Positions 1 to 12,198 of a DNA stretch of 34,517 nt are shown here, piece by piece. How positions within the stretch are numbered: position 1 is the first letter of the stretch; every line of letters begins with the position of its first letter. The translations under genes were made by a program, and so were the position numbers. Source of the stretch: Nitrolancea sp. (lineage in GTDB: Bacteria > Chloroflexota > Chloroflexia > Thermomicrobiales > Thermomicrobiaceae); assembly GCA_035534015.1 (NCBI GenBank), contig DATLSP010000161.1:1-34517 (forward strand), written 5' to 3'. A model generated the notes under the pieces. That model did not search any database and was not told the DNA's origin. It worked only from the letters and a program-made list of their open reading frames with translations.

Positions 1-977
1 ATCTCGCAATCGGTTTATTGCTCCTCTGGGCGATGATGGTATTCGTCAAGCGCCTCGACTGGTTGCGACGTTACAAGTACTCCTGGGGGTTCTTTGGTCT
101 TGGGTTGATGGCCGTCACCATGGTCTTCGGAGAGAACGTGAACGGGGCTCGGCTCTGGCTTAACCTCGGTGTGGCTACCGTGCAGCCGAGTGAACTCGTC
201 AAGGTACTGCTCGTTGTTTTCCTGGCCGCGTACCTCGATGATTATGGCGACCTCATCGCCGGTTCTTACCGCGTCGGCCCCTTTCGTCTGCCGCCAATTC
301 CATATCTGCTGCCGATGGTCTTCATGTGGGCGGCGGCGCTTGCCATCGTGGTTTTGCAGAACGACCTCGGCACGGCATTACTGTTCTTTGGGATCTTCCT
401 CGTGATGCTCTACGTCGCGACCGGGCGACTGCTGTATGTCGGCATCGGACTCAGTTCCTTCGCGGTCGGAGTTTACGTCGCGTATCAATTGTTTGCCCGG
501 ATCGCGGTCCGTGTGCAGAACTGGATCAATCCGTGGGCTGATCCGTTGAACAAAGGTTTTCAACAGATTCAGGCCGAATACAGCATGGCAGCGGGCCATA
601 TATTTGGGACTGGGCTCGGTTATGGTCACCCGCAATATATCCCCGCCGTCGAGACCGACTACATCTTTGCCGCGCTGGCCGAGGAGTTAGGGTTGCTGGG
701 AACGATTGCCATCATCGCGCTCTACGTAGTGCTGGTGGCCCGCGGTTCGCTGATCGCATTGCGGGCGGAACGCGGCTTCCCCCAGTTACTGGCAGTCGGA
801 CTGACCACAATTCTCGCACTGCAAACATTGATAATCCTCGCCGGGACGCTGCGAGTTCTTCCGTTGACCGGCATCACCTTGCCGTTCATCAGCGCCGGTG
901 GAAGCTCGCTCCTCACCAACTTCCTCATCGTCGGACTGTTACTCCGTATCAGTGAAAATAGGTCGATTAAGACATGA
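1..977 (+). CDS. SEDS-family peptidoglycan polymerase (FtsW/RodA/SpoVE), 5' end outside window
   Basis: The frame is open from the window edge (first full codon at nt 3); the tracked ORF merely begins at an internal TTG at 18. It is a polytopic membrane protein with SEDS hallmarks 'VQPSELVKVLLVVFLAAYL', 'GTGLGYGHPQYIPAVETDYIFAALAEELGLLG' and 'LPLTGITLPFISAGGSSLL'. Stop TGA 975-977 overlaps the next ATG (ATGA). Confidence 0.9.
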   Translation, partial: LAIGLLLLWAMMVFVKRLDWLRRYKYSWGFFGLGLMAVTMVFGENVNGARLWLNLGVATVQPSELVKVLLVVFLAAYLDDYGDLIAGSYRVGPFRLPPIPYLLPMVFMWAAALAIVVLQNDLGTALLFFGIFLVMLYVATGRLLYVGIGLSSFAVGVYVAYQLFARIAVRVQNWINPWADPLNKGFQQIQAEYSMAAGHIFGTGLGYGHPQYIPAVETDYIFAALAEELGLLGTIAIIALYVVLVARGSLIALRAERGFPQLLAVGLTTILALQTLIILAGTLRVLPLTGITLPFISAGGSSLLTNFLIVGLLLRISENRSIKT

Positions 978-2641
978 GTCGATTTATGCGCGCTTCAGCC
1001 TTCATCGCCGCGACCATGATTGTCACGTACGGCATGCTGACGACGCGTGATCAAGCGTCGGCAGTCTGGTTGATCATCCTGCTGATCGCAGCGGCGTTGC
1101 TCACCCTCGCACTCTGGCCGCATCTACCGAAGGATGTCCCCTCCGTTCAGCGTACGATTACGCGTGGCACCGTGCTTTTTATGGTCGGGTTCCTGGTCCT
1201 TGGCGTCCAATTAGCACGAATCCAGGTCGTCGACAGTGCATCGATCAGCGGAGCATCGGCGTCTGCCGCGGGAAGCGTGGTGGTGCAAGATCCCCGCCTA
1301 CGGCTCCAGGCGGCTGAGATCGGGCGCGGCAGCATTTTGACGATTGACGGCAAAGTAGTGGCCCAGACGACCAAGAATCCGGACGGCAGTTATACGCGCA
1401 CTTACCCTGATCCCGCGACTGGATATCTGGCGGGCTATTATTCGCCGCTCTTGTACGGCAGTAGCAACCTCGAGGCGGTTTACGATAGCGAGTTAATGGG
1501 CCGCACTGGTGGTAACCCGATTACTCAGTGGCTCGACGGAATCTTGCATCGTGATCGCCATGGATACAATCTGACACTGTCGGTGAACGACGAATTGCAG
1601 AAGCAAGCCAATCAATTGCTGGGAAATCAACGTGGTGCCGTCGTGATGATGAATGCCAAAACGGGTGCAATTGTGGCGATGGCGAGCACGCCAAATTTTG
1701 ACCCTAACAAGCTGTACGTAAACGACGGACCCCAGGTGAATCAAGAGTCAGCGACGGCGAAAGAGTATTGGGCGCAACTCAACGCGATGACCGACTCGCC
1801 GCTGCTGCTCCGTCCCACACAGGGTCTCTATATTCCCGGATCGATCTTCAAGACTGTGACTGCCTCAGCTGCGATCGAGTCGGGCGTGGCAGCCCCGGAT
1901 ACGGTCTACCGTGATGAGGGAGCGCTGACCGTCCAGTCGAGGGTCATTCCGGAGCAGAACCGCCCCGACCCGAACCGGATCAGCTACTCGTTGACCGATG
2001 CGTTTGGGTGGTCGCTCAACGTCGTCTTCGCTCAGGTCGGTTTACAGCTTGGACCGGGTCGTCTTGCGGACTATGCACAGCGCTTTGGCTTCGGTTCGGA
2101 GATCCCCTTTGACTTGCCGGTCGCGATCAGTCAACTTGACACCGATCCGAGTTTCCTATCTAGCCAGGCGGCGCTCGCGGTAACTGCCTTCGGACAGGGA
2201 CAGTTGCAGACCACCCCGCTGCAGATGGCCCTGGTCGCCGACGCGATAGCCAACGGCGGCAAAATGATGGAGCCATATATGGTGCAAGAGGTCACCGATC
2301 AAAACGGTAAGACGCTCTCGACGCATTCCCCGTCTGTATGGAAGACTCCGATCAATACCGACACCGCTTCCAAAATGCAGACGATGATGATCAATTCAGT
2401 TCAGCACGGCTACGCCTCAACCGCGCAGATTCCAGGCTACGTCGTCGGCGGCAAGACTGGAACGGCCGAAGTCGGAGGCAACAAACAACCGAACTCATGG
2501 TTTATCGGCTTTGCCGGCAAGACGGCTCCGGAGTACGTCGTAGCGGTTGTCGTGGAGAACGGTGGCGAAGGTGGAGCGGTCGCGCTGCCGATCGGCCGTC
2601 AGTTGCTCCAGACAGCGGTCAAACTTCCTCCGACGAAGTGA
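974..2641 (+). CDS. class B penicillin-binding protein (PBP2/FtsI-type transpeptidase)
   Basis: 555-aa ORF with an N-terminal TM anchor. Transpeptidase motifs are present: SxxK ('GSIFKTV'), SxN ('WSLNVV') and KTG ('GGKTGTAEV'). The ATGA overlap with the upstream SEDS gene gives the canonical SEDS-bPBP pair. Confidence 0.9.
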   Translation: MSRFMRASAFIAATMIVTYGMLTTRDQASAVWLIILLIAAALLTLALWPHLPKDVPSVQRTITRGTVLFMVGFLVLGVQLARIQVVDSASISGASASAAGSVVVQDPRLRLQAAEIGRGSILTIDGKVVAQTTKNPDGSYTRTYPDPATGYLAGYYSPLLYGSSNLEAVYDSELMGRTGGNPITQWLDGILHRDRHGYNLTLSVNDELQKQANQLLGNQRGAVVMMNAKTGAIVAMASTPNFDPNKLYVNDGPQVNQESATAKEYWAQLNAMTDSPLLLRPTQGLYIPGSIFKTVTASAAIESGVAAPDTVYRDEGALTVQSRVIPEQNRPDPNRISYSLTDAFGWSLNVVFAQVGLQLGPGRLADYAQRFGFGSEIPFDLPVAISQLDTDPSFLSSQAALAVTAFGQGQLQTTPLQMALVADAIANGGKMMEPYMVQEVTDQNGKTLSTHSPSVWKTPINTDTASKMQTMMINSVQHGYASTAQIPGYVVGGKTGTAEVGGNKQPNSWFIGFAGKTAPEYVVAVVVENGGEGGAVALPIGRQLLQTAVKLPPTK

Positions 2642-2791
2642 TCCAAATCGATCGTCGCAACGCCAAAATTGTCCTATCGCGCCGGACGCCGTTGTGGGCT
2701 CGCGAGCGTTTAAAACGCGCGTCAGCCTGGCGAGAACGAACTTTCACTGACAGGTTGTCAAGCGGGGTTTTCCTCCGAAAGACGCGGATTT

Positions 2792-2800
2792 TGGTATAAT
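2792..2800 (+). promoter_or_regulatory. putative extended -10 promoter element (TGgTATAAT)
   Basis: TGGTATAAT at 2792-2800 lies 32 nt upstream of the preferred GTG start (2832) of the zincin gene, in a 190-bp intergenic gap. I found no good -35 element. Confidence 0.3.
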
Positions 2801-2831
2801 TATGCATTGTGTGGCACGTTGGAGGAGCACG

Positions 2832-3203
2832 GTGAGCTCATCTGAGTCCACGTTCGAAACGCTCGTCGTACAGGCGCTTGACGACCTACCTGATGTCTTC
2901 CTGGCGGCGTTGGATAACGTCGAAGTGGTGATTGAGCAAGAACCGAGTGCCGAGCATCGCCAGCGGTTAGCTCCACCGGGTGCAACGCTCCTGGGGCTCT
3001 ACGAGGGGGTGCCGAGGACGCAGCGCACATCAGGTTACGGGCTCGTGGCACCGGACAAGATCACTATCTTCGAGGGTCCGATTCGTCGAGCATCAGCCGA
3101 TGATCAGTCGTTGCGGAAACTCGTACAACGGACTGTAATCCATGAGATCGCTCATCATTTCGGAATCTCGGACGATCGACTGCGTCAGCTCGGCGCTTAC
3201 TAG
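2832..3203 (+). CDS. minimal zincin-like metallopeptidase (Zincin_1/DUF1025-like)
   Basis: The ORF is open from 2802. The preferred start is GTG 2832, 5 nt after GGAGGA (2821-2826). A C-terminal HExxH site 'VIHEIAHHFGISDDRL' and the ~120-aa size fit the small zincin family. Confidence 0.75.
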   Translation: MSSSESTFETLVVQALDDLPDVFLAALDNVEVVIEQEPSAEHRQRLAPPGATLLGLYEGVPRTQRTSGYGLVAPDKITIFEGPIRRASADDQSLRKLVQRTVIHEIAHHFGISDDRLRQLGAY

Positions 3204-3230
3204 CGTCTCAGTCGTAAGGTGAACAGGCGT

Positions 3231-6135
<2,905 letters not shown>

Positions 6136-6136
<1 letters not shown>

Positions 6137-7188
6137 TGGTGAAACACGAAAGAGCCAATCACGTGGAGACGCCCGACGAGAGTGAACGGCCCGCGACTGT
6201 GCGCGGGCTTGCCGACCCCGCGATTTCGACTCGGCTACCGATCGCAGTCGATGCGATGGGTGGAGATCGTGCCCCACTTGAGATTGTCGCTGGTGCGGTA
6301 GATGCCGTGCGCAACCACGGACTCAGTATCGTATTGGTCGGACAGGCGACGGAGATCAATTCGCTGTTAACTCAGTGGGGCGATCTTTCTGACTCGATCC
6401 GCGTCGTTGACGCACCGGAAATCGTGACGATGGAAGAGCATGCAGTCGCGGCGATCCGGCGCAAGACAAAAGCGTCCATTACCGTAGCCTGCCTCGAGGT
6501 CGCTGAACGTCGGGCCTCGGCCGTTGTCTCGGCCGGTCATTCCGGCGCGGTCGTCGCGTCAGCGATCTTCACCTTTGGGCGGCTGCCGGGGGTCGAGCGT
6601 CCAGGAATCGCTATTCCATTCCCCACCGCGCTCGGCAAGCCGATCTACATCATGGACGGCGGCGCGGTCGTCGATCCGCGCCCGGCTCACCTCGTTAAGT
6701 TCGCTTACTTGATTCGCGATTACCTGCGCGATGTCGTACGAATTGACAAGCCGCGCATTGGTCTCCTCAGCAACGGTGAGGAAGCGGGTAAGGGTACGGC
6801 GTTGGTGCGCGAGGTCCATGAACTGCTGGCGCAGCTTGACGACATAGGTTTTATCGGAAACATCGAGGGCAACGCGATCGCCGACGGAACGGTCGACGCA
6901 ATCCTCTGCGATGGTTTCAGTGGCAACATCTTGCTGAAAGCCGCCGAAGGGACCGCCGTCCTGCTACAGAACGCGTTACGGCGTGAACTATCGTCACGCT
7001 GGTACACACGTTTACTCGCTGGGGCGTTGCGTCCCTCATTCCGACGAGCGATCCAGACGCTGGATTATCGCGAGTATGGTGGCGCGCCTTTGCTCGGTGT
7101 CAATTTTCCGGTCATCCTGGCCCATGGTCGCTCTGACCGACGCGCGATCACGAACGCTATCGTTTCGGCAGCACGCTCGACGCCATAA
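6136..7188 (+). CDS. plsX: phosphate acyltransferase PlsX
   Basis: Motifs 'IAVDAMGGDRAP', 'GNIEGN', 'CDGFSGNILLKAAEG' and 'GGAPLLGVNFPVILAHGRS' are present. ATG 6136 overlaps the gyrB stop (TAATG). About 34 aa precede the conserved N-terminus, so an internal start (e.g. GTG 6199) is possible. Confidence 0.88.
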
Positions 7189-7271
7189 GCGTTTCGTGAA
7201 ACTCCAGGATATTTGCCGTTGGACCGCACCGTGCGGCGCGGTTGCCGCCTCAGAGTATATTGCGAGGAAAG

Positions 7272-7320
7272 ACGGCCCGATGCGAGTCGCGGGTTAGGGG
7301 TAAGGGATCGATCGGGCCGT
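7272..7320. terminator. putative bidirectional terminator hairpin between convergent plsX and HU genes
   Basis: A 10-bp perfect stem, ACGGCCCGAT (7272-7281) / ATCGGGCCGT (7311-7320), encloses a 29-nt loop. It is followed by TGTGTCTGTG on the plus strand and by TCTTTCC on the minus strand. It lies 84 nt after the plsX stop and 32 nt after the HU stop. Confidence 0.4.
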
Positions 7321-7351
7321 TGTGTCTGTGCGATTCACGCTATCCGTTTCG

Positions 7352-7636
7352 CTATTCCTCTTCGCCGGAGACCGCCCTTTTCAGTTGTGTGCCAGGCTTA
7401 AAGCTCGGACTCTTGCGCGACGGAATCGTGATCCGCTCGCCGGTTTGAGGATTGCGACCTTCGCGTGAGCCACGCTCGCTTATGCGAAACGTCCCGAAGC
7501 CGGTCAGTGCGACCTCGTCACCAGACGCCAGAGCATCCTGAATCGCATTGAAGGTGGCGTTTACCACGGCGCTAACTTGCGTCTCTGGTTGTTTTATTTC
7601 CGCAGCGACTGCCTTTACAAGATCACTTTTTCTCAT
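7352..7636 (-). CDS. hup: HU-family DNA-binding protein
   Basis: 94 aa. The sequence 'MRKSDLVKAVAAE...VVNATFNAIQDALASGDEVALTGFGTFRISERGSREGRNPQTGERITIPSRKSPSFKPG' is a textbook HU/IHF fold sequence. Confidence 0.93.
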   Translation of the reverse strand: MRKSDLVKAVAAEIKQPETQVSAVVNATFNAIQDALASGDEVALTGFGTFRISERGSREGRNPQTGERITIPSRKSPSFKPGTQLKRAVSGEEE

Positions 7637-7692
7637 CTGGATTCCCTTCCACTTTTACTCAACACTTGGCCGCGACCCAAGGCATTTTCTAG

Positions 7693-7722
7693 ACTATATA
7701 GCATGAGTTGGGCCATGAGCAA
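7693..7722 (-). promoter_or_regulatory. putative sigma70-type promoter of the HU gene
   Basis: Read on the minus strand: TTGCTC (7722-7717), 16-18 nt spacer, TATATA/TATAGT (7700-7693). This lies about 55 nt upstream of the HU ATG, which is preceded by GGAAGGGA. Confidence 0.35.
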
Positions 7723-7769
7723 ACCACGGCCGCGTATGTACGCTCATTCTATCGCAATCCTGGACGCAA

Positions 7770-8570
7770 TTATTGCGTGCGACGCTGACGAGCGGCTTCG
7801 AAGAGCATGACCGCGCCGGCGACAGCCGCGTTAAGTGACTCGACGCCGCCCAGTAATGGGATTGAGACGTGCCCAGTGACATGCTGGAGCGCGCGTTCTG
7901 AGATCCCAGTCGCTTCGCTTCCGAGGACTAGCACTGATGGCAAATTCCAGTTGATAGCGTCGTAGGTGGGGTAATCGCCTGCTTCAGCGGCGAGCCGCTG
8001 CCCGCAGGTAAGCAGCAGCGGATCTGGCGAATCCCAGTTCAACGGGCGCAGCGGCAGGCGGAAATGCGCTCCCATCGCGGCGCGAATGACCTTGGGTGAG
8101 TACGGGTCAACCGTGTCACGCGAGACGAACAGAGCGTGAGCCCCGGCGGCAGCGGCCGAGCGCATCAACGTGCCGAGGTTCCCCGGGTCCTTAACGCCGT
8201 CGGCGACCACGAAGAGCGGGGCAATGTCTCCGACGACGATCGGAAGTTCAGGGAAGCGAAAGATCGCGATGAACCCCTGGGGTGTCTCGGTGTCGGCAAG
8301 TGTCTCAATTACCGAGCCAGGAACATCGTGTACGATCGTCGCGTGCGCCGCGAGATGTTTGATTGTCTGCACGAGTGGTTCGCTGAGGCGAGAAGGGTCG
8401 TAGAAAAGCCGCTCGGGCATGAAGCCGACCGAGACAGCGTCGTCGAGAAGCCGCGTTCCCTCCACCAAAAACGCCCGCTCCCGGTAGCGGGCTTTCCGCG
8501 TACCGAGCAAGCGGGCTTGCTTCACCTGTGGATTGTGCGGACTCGTCAGTGCGGGGCCAATAGGCGACAC
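7770..8570 (-). CDS. TrmH/SpoU-family RNA 2'-O-methyltransferase
   Basis: Motifs: 'TSPHNPQVKQARLL' (SpoU substrate-binding start), 'VLVLGSEATGIS' and 'IPLLGGVESLNAAVAGAVMLFE' (SPOUT motif 3). The tracked ORF extends to 8720 but would overlap rplT by 140 nt. The first plausible start downstream of the rplT stop is GTG 8570; it has no clear SD. Confidence 0.8.
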   Translation of the reverse strand: MSPIGPALTSPHNPQVKQARLLGTRKARYRERAFLVEGTRLLDDAVSVGFMPERLFYDPSRLSEPLVQTIKHLAAHATIVHDVPGSVIETLADTETPQGFIAIFRFPELPIVVGDIAPLFVVADGVKDPGNLGTLMRSAAAAGAHALFVSRDTVDPYSPKVIRAAMGAHFRLPLRPLNWDSPDPLLLTCGQRLAAEAGDYPTYDAINWNLPSVLVLGSEATGISERALQHVTGHVSIPLLGGVESLNAAVAGAVMLFEAARQRRTQ

Positions 8571-8580
8571 GCCGAGACGA

Positions 8581-8934
8581 CTAGAGTTGCGACTTCGCCA
8601 CGTCGGCGAGTTGGCTAAACGCGGCGCCGTCACGAACGGCGATATCCGCCAGAACCTTACGATCGATCTCGACCCCCGCCTTGGCGAGCCCGTTGATGAA
8701 CTTCCCGTAGGGAATACCATTCAAACGCGCAGCGGCGTTGATGCGAACGATCCAGAGGCGGCGCATATCGCGCTTACGCGTCCGACGATCACGGTACTGG
8801 TAAACCAGCGAGCGCATGACCGCTTCGTTCGCGCGCCGAAAAAGCCGTCGCCTGGTGCCACGGAATCCGGTCGCTTGGTGCAGCATCTTTACATGGCGGC
8901 GATGTGCCGCTACGCCACGTTTTACACGAGCCAT
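8581..8934 (-). CDS. rplT: 50S ribosomal protein L20
   Basis: 117 aa, '[18 protein letters not shown]...[23 protein letters not shown]'. Confidence 0.97.
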   Translation of the reverse strand: MARVKRGVAAHRRHVKMLHQATGFRGTRRRLFRRANEAVMRSLVYQYRDRRTRKRDMRRLWIVRINAAARLNGIPYGKFINGLAKAGVEIDRKVLADIAVRDGAAFSQLADVAKSQL

Positions 8935-8957
8935 TTTCTACCAGTCTCCCTCATCGG

Positions 8958-9161
8958 TTACTTGGAACCGTACGGAAGCAGCCGTTTGAACTTCTTGCGA
9001 TCAGACGGTGCAATTTCAAACATCTTGTCCATCGCGCGCTGATTCCGCGGGGACTTCCGGCGCCGGAAGTGGCTTCTCATCCCCTTCATGCGCATGATCT
9101 TCCCGGTGCCGGTCACCTTGAATCTCCGCTTCGCGCTCTTTCGGGTCTTCATCTTTGGCAT
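8958..9161 (-). CDS. rpmI: 50S ribosomal protein L35
   Basis: 67 aa, 'MPKMKTRKSAKRRFKVTGTGKIMR'. Confidence 0.95.
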   Translation of the reverse strand: MPKMKTRKSAKRRFKVTGTGKIMRMKGMRSHFRRRKSPRNQRAMDKMFEIAPSDRKKFKRLLPYGSK

Positions 9162-9195
9162 TCGATTATCCCCTCGTCACACGGCCACGGTCGTT

Positions 9196-9756
9196 TTACG
9201 CTTCCGCAGATTCATCCTCGGGTTGATCGGCATCATGGGCCGGCTTGCTCGGGCTCATCGTCATAACCATCGTGCGGCCCTCAATATGTGGTGCCTGTTC
9301 GATGATACCGACTTCGCTAAGCTGAACTGCAAGCCGATCGAGCAGGTTCTTGCCGATGTCCTGGTGCGCGATTTCTCGCCCACGGAACAGGACACTCAGC
9401 TTAACCTTGTCACCATCCTCAAGGAAGCGACCAGCCTGCCGGCCCTTCGTATCGAGGTCGTGACCGTCGATTTTCGGACGGAGGCGAATCTCTTTCAATT
9501 CCACCGTCTTCTGGCGCTTGCGCGATTCGCGCTCCCGACGGCTCTCCTCATAACGGAACTTGCCGTAATCCATCAAGCGACAAACTGGAGGCACGGCGGT
9601 CGGTTGAACCTCGACGAGGTCAAGCCCCCGTTCACGAGCCATCTCCATGGCGTCACGCGTACGTACAATACCTACGTGATTGCCTTCTTCGTCAATGAGT
9701 CGAACTTCGGGGATCCGAATCCGTTCGTTGACACGTGCAGGTCTTGATGTGCTGAT
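9196..9756 (-). CDS. infC: translation initiation factor IF-3 (non-AUG start)
   Basis: The tracked ORF starts at ATG 9648, but the frame continues upstream and encodes the conserved IF-3 N-domain 'VNERIRIPEVRLIDEEGNHVGIVRTRDAMEMA'. There is no ATG/GTG/TTG in frame between the stop at 9823-9825 and 9648. An ATC at 9756-9754 sits 5 nt after GGGAGG (9767-9762). Confidence 0.85.
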   Translation of the reverse strand: MSTSRPARVNERIRIPEVRLIDEEGNHVGIVRTRDAMEMARERGLDLVEVQPTAVPPVCRLMDYGKFRYEESRRERESRKRQKTVELKEIRLRPKIDGHDLDTKGRQAGRFLEDGDKVKLSVLFRGREIAHQDIGKNLLDRLAVQLSEVGIIEQAPHIEGRTMVMTMSPSKPAHDADQPEDESAEA

Positions 9757-9781
9757 GGAAGCCTCCCGTGGAATATACAGA

Positions 9782-9814
9782 GCCGCACCAACGACGACCG
9801 CGCCTGGTGCGGCT
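9782..9814 (-). promoter_or_regulatory. leader stem-loop upstream of infC (possible attenuator)
   Basis: A 9-bp GC-rich stem, GCCGCACCA (9782-9790) / TGGTGCGGC (9806-9814), has a 15-nt loop. On the minus strand it is followed by TCTGTATATTCC and then the infC SD. Confidence 0.35.
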
Positions 9815-9834
9815 AAGAATCGCTATCGTCTGAA

Positions 9835-9864
9835 ATCGTAGCATAAATGCCGAGCCTCGGTCAA
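9835..9864 (-). promoter_or_regulatory. putative sigma70-type promoter of infC-rpmI-rplT
   Basis: Read on the minus strand: TTGACC (9864-9859), N18, TACGAT (9840-9835), about 80 nt upstream of the infC start. Confidence 0.35.
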
Positions 9865-9871
9865 TCTCGGC
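9849..9871 (-). terminator. weak hairpin downstream of the 762-aa membrane gene
   Basis: Read on the minus strand: GCCGAG-N11-CTCGGC followed by ATTTAT. It lies 39 nt after the stop at 9910 and overlaps the putative infC -35 element. Confidence 0.25.
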
Positions 9872-9909
9872 AGATAGTATTTTGGTTTTCCGAGAGCCGA
9901 TTTGGGCTA

Positions 9910-12198
9910 TTACGGATGTCGGTAGATTTTCACGTTGCCAGACTGAAATGCGAGCGGCCAGCCAATTTGGCCCAGCTCCTGCAGTCCGACGGCTGAGTAA
10001 GGAGCGCCACCGTCACATTGCGAACCATAGCCATTCTGCTCGATGGAGCCATCGATAATATACGTGATGTCGTACGACTTCAACAAGTTTTGTGCCTCAG
10101 GTGAAGTTGGGTTGTTATAGATCGTCGCGACGTCTGCTTTTCGTTGAGCGATTTCGCTCGATATGGACGGGTCACCAAGGCGCCACTGGTACTCGTGAAA
10201 CTGCCATCCGAGCGGCGTTGGCAGCCCGGTGGCCATTGAGAAGAGATTGTCCGGCATCACCCCATCCTCGCCGTAGGAGCATCCCGGAGATTCCAGAATA
10301 TGATCGGTCGACGCGGCGCGTGCGTTCAGCCAGTCGATTGCCGCAATCTCGTCAGGCGCGCCTTGACGAAGATAGGTAAGTCCGTCGATTCCGGAGAAGT
10401 GTGAGAATCCGTTCGTCCACCGGTAGGCTGAGATCGGCGGATAAAGCGCGGCTCCAAGGGTAATGAACAATATTGGTGCGACAGATGCGACCGCGATCAG
10501 TCGACTTGAATGATTGCGAATCCACACGATTCCAAGTGGGAGCCCTACCGCGCAACTAATCGCGAACAGAGCCCAGGACTGAAAATAGAGCTTGAAAACG
10601 GTGTTCATACGATTAGCAAACGCATCTTCGAGAAAAACCAGCTCGGTGATCGATAGGAGCAAGAACGCCACCCCAAAGAGGCTGACGAGATAGCGCGTCG
10701 CCGGGCAAACCTTTCCCACGACGATCACTGCGAAGATGACCGCGAGCGGCCCCATAAACCAGAAGAGGCCGGGGAATCGGGTAAAGACCGATGCGAGAAA
10801 CAACCCTGCCGCTACCGCAGCGACCGATCTCGGTTTGGTCCCACCCGCTCTGATGACTGGAAGCGCGATTGGTACGAGGAAGAGCAGGGCGATCAGGAGG
10901 AAGAGACCGTGGACGGTGAATATTTCCCGGGTCGAACTCCTGGGCCAGGTTACGATCCCAATCGTCTCGACTAGTTTGCCCAGGATCGGGAGCGTTTTGA
11001 TTGACTCAGGAATATCGTTTCCTTGAAGGCCAACTGCCGGAGTGTAGTTAAGTTCGAATGGGAGTACGGTCACGATCGCTGACGCAAAGAGAACGCCGAG
11101 CGGAAGCAATTTTTGCGACCAGCGCAGACCGATCGTCGCGATGAGGATGCCGACGACCGCGAAGAGCAGCGCAGGCGGCATATCCCACGAGTTTGTCGCA
11201 TAGAGTGCAGCGGCCAGGACACCCGCTATGGCTGCGCCAGAGAGCAGCGACCTCGTATTGTGTCCAGCCAAGACAATTGCCAACCCGACTGCAATGCTGG
11301 AGATAAACATAGGGTACGCGAGAACATGCGGGTGCAGGTCTCCAAGCACGAAGCTGAACGCGGGAAACTCGTTGATCGTCTGCGCTCCAGGTCCGTCGAC
11401 GATCACGCGCGATGCGTTCCAGCCGACACCTTCCCACCAGCCGGCGTGCAGCGTGCGCCATGGATGTTCGATGAACTTAAGCGGCGTATACAGATTGCCG
11501 ATGCCGACCAGGAAGATACCGGCGAGCACGCCAGTAAGCGTGAGCATTTTCCGCGAACGGTTACCCAGACTTCGCATCAGGTTGACCGCCGTACCGGCCG
11601 CGCCAACGGTCGCCGTGGCAAAGAGGGTGGCGAGCGCGAGGTTGAAGGCGTGGCTCGGCAAGATGTGGGCGATACGTGCCGGAAGCGACATCAAGAGGTA
11701 ACCGAGATAGTAGTAGTTTATCGTGTGACCGAGGAACCAGGGATCAGCCGGAGGCAGCGAGCGGGTGTGTTCGATGCTGGTGAGAAAGGTCAGTTCCATC
11801 GGTTTTTCGGTGTGCTGGATGGCGGGGTTGAACGACCGGAACACGACATATCCCACGAAAAGCGCGAAGGTCACGAATTCGTACACGATTAGTTGAACGA
11901 TGTTCTCGCGTAAATAACGCGCGAGTTCACCGCCGCGCAATTCGTAAATCCAGGCTATGAGTCCGATTACCGCCGGAATTGTGATGATCAGCAGAGTCGT
12001 GTAGGGGATTGCTCCCACCGCACTTAGCCACCAGGGTACGAGCGCCGCAAGCAGCAGTCCGAGCGGTCGGACGATAGCGAGGCCGCGGTCGGGTAGGGCG
12101 GAAAGCCCTCGATAGATCAGCGGATACATGAGCCAGGCGAAGGCGCTCAGGGTGACATACCAACGCACAGACTCAAACGCGACCTGAGAGATCGTCAC
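9910..12198 (-). CDS. YYY-motif polytopic membrane protein (DUF2298 / Chlor_Arch_YYY-like), single-module form
   Basis: 762 aa and very hydrophobic. Motifs: 'HTEKPMELTF', 'ADPWFLGHTINYYYLGYLL' (YYY codons 11707-11715), 'INEFPAFSFVLGDLHPH', 'NSWDMP' and 'RMNTVFKLYF', plus a soluble C-terminal domain. The GTG start overlaps the upstream stop (GTGA at 12195-12198). Confidence 0.85.
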   Translation of the reverse strand: MTISQVAFESVRWYVTLSAFAWLMYPLIYRGLSALPDRGLAIVRPLGLLLAALVPWWLSAVGAIPYTTLLIITIPAVIGLIAWIYELRGGELARYLRENIVQLIVYEFVTFALFVGYVVFRSFNPAIQHTEKPMELTFLTSIEHTRSLPPADPWFLGHTINYYYLGYLLMSLPARIAHILPSHAFNLALATLFATATVGAAGTAVNLMRSLGNRSRKMLTLTGVLAGIFLVGIGNLYTPLKFIEHPWRTLHAGWWEGVGWNASRVIVDGPGAQTINEFPAFSFVLGDLHPHVLAYPMFISSIAVGLAIVLAGHNTRSLLSGAAIAGVLAAALYATNSWDMPPALLFAVVGILIATIGLRWSQKLLPLGVLFASAIVTVLPFELNYTPAVGLQGNDIPESIKTLPILGKLVETIGIVTWPRSSTREIFTVHGLFLLIALLFLVPIALPVIRAGGTKPRSVAAVAAGLFLASVFTRFPGLFWFMGPLAVIFAVIVVGKVCPATRYLVSLFGVAFLLLSITELVFLEDAFANRMNTVFKLYFQSWALFAISCAVGLPLGIVWIRNHSSRLIAVASVAPILFITLGAALYPPISAYRWTNGFSHFSGIDGLTYLRQGAPDEIAAIDWLNARAASTDHILESPGCSYGEDGVMPDNLFSMATGLPTPLGWQFHEYQWRLGDPSISSEIAQRKADVATIYNNPTSPEAQNLLKSYDITYIIDGSIEQNGYGSQCDGGAPYSAVGLQELGQIGWPLAFQSGNVKIYRHP

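Noticed and set aside
8571-8720. A 5' extension of the TrmH-family ORF.
   Set aside because: It overlaps the 3' part of rplT in another frame and adds Ser/Arg-rich sequence upstream of the conserved N-terminus.
9088-9747. A 219-aa plus-strand ORF.
   Set aside because: It is antisense to infC and rpmI, which are unambiguous. It is a shadow ORF.
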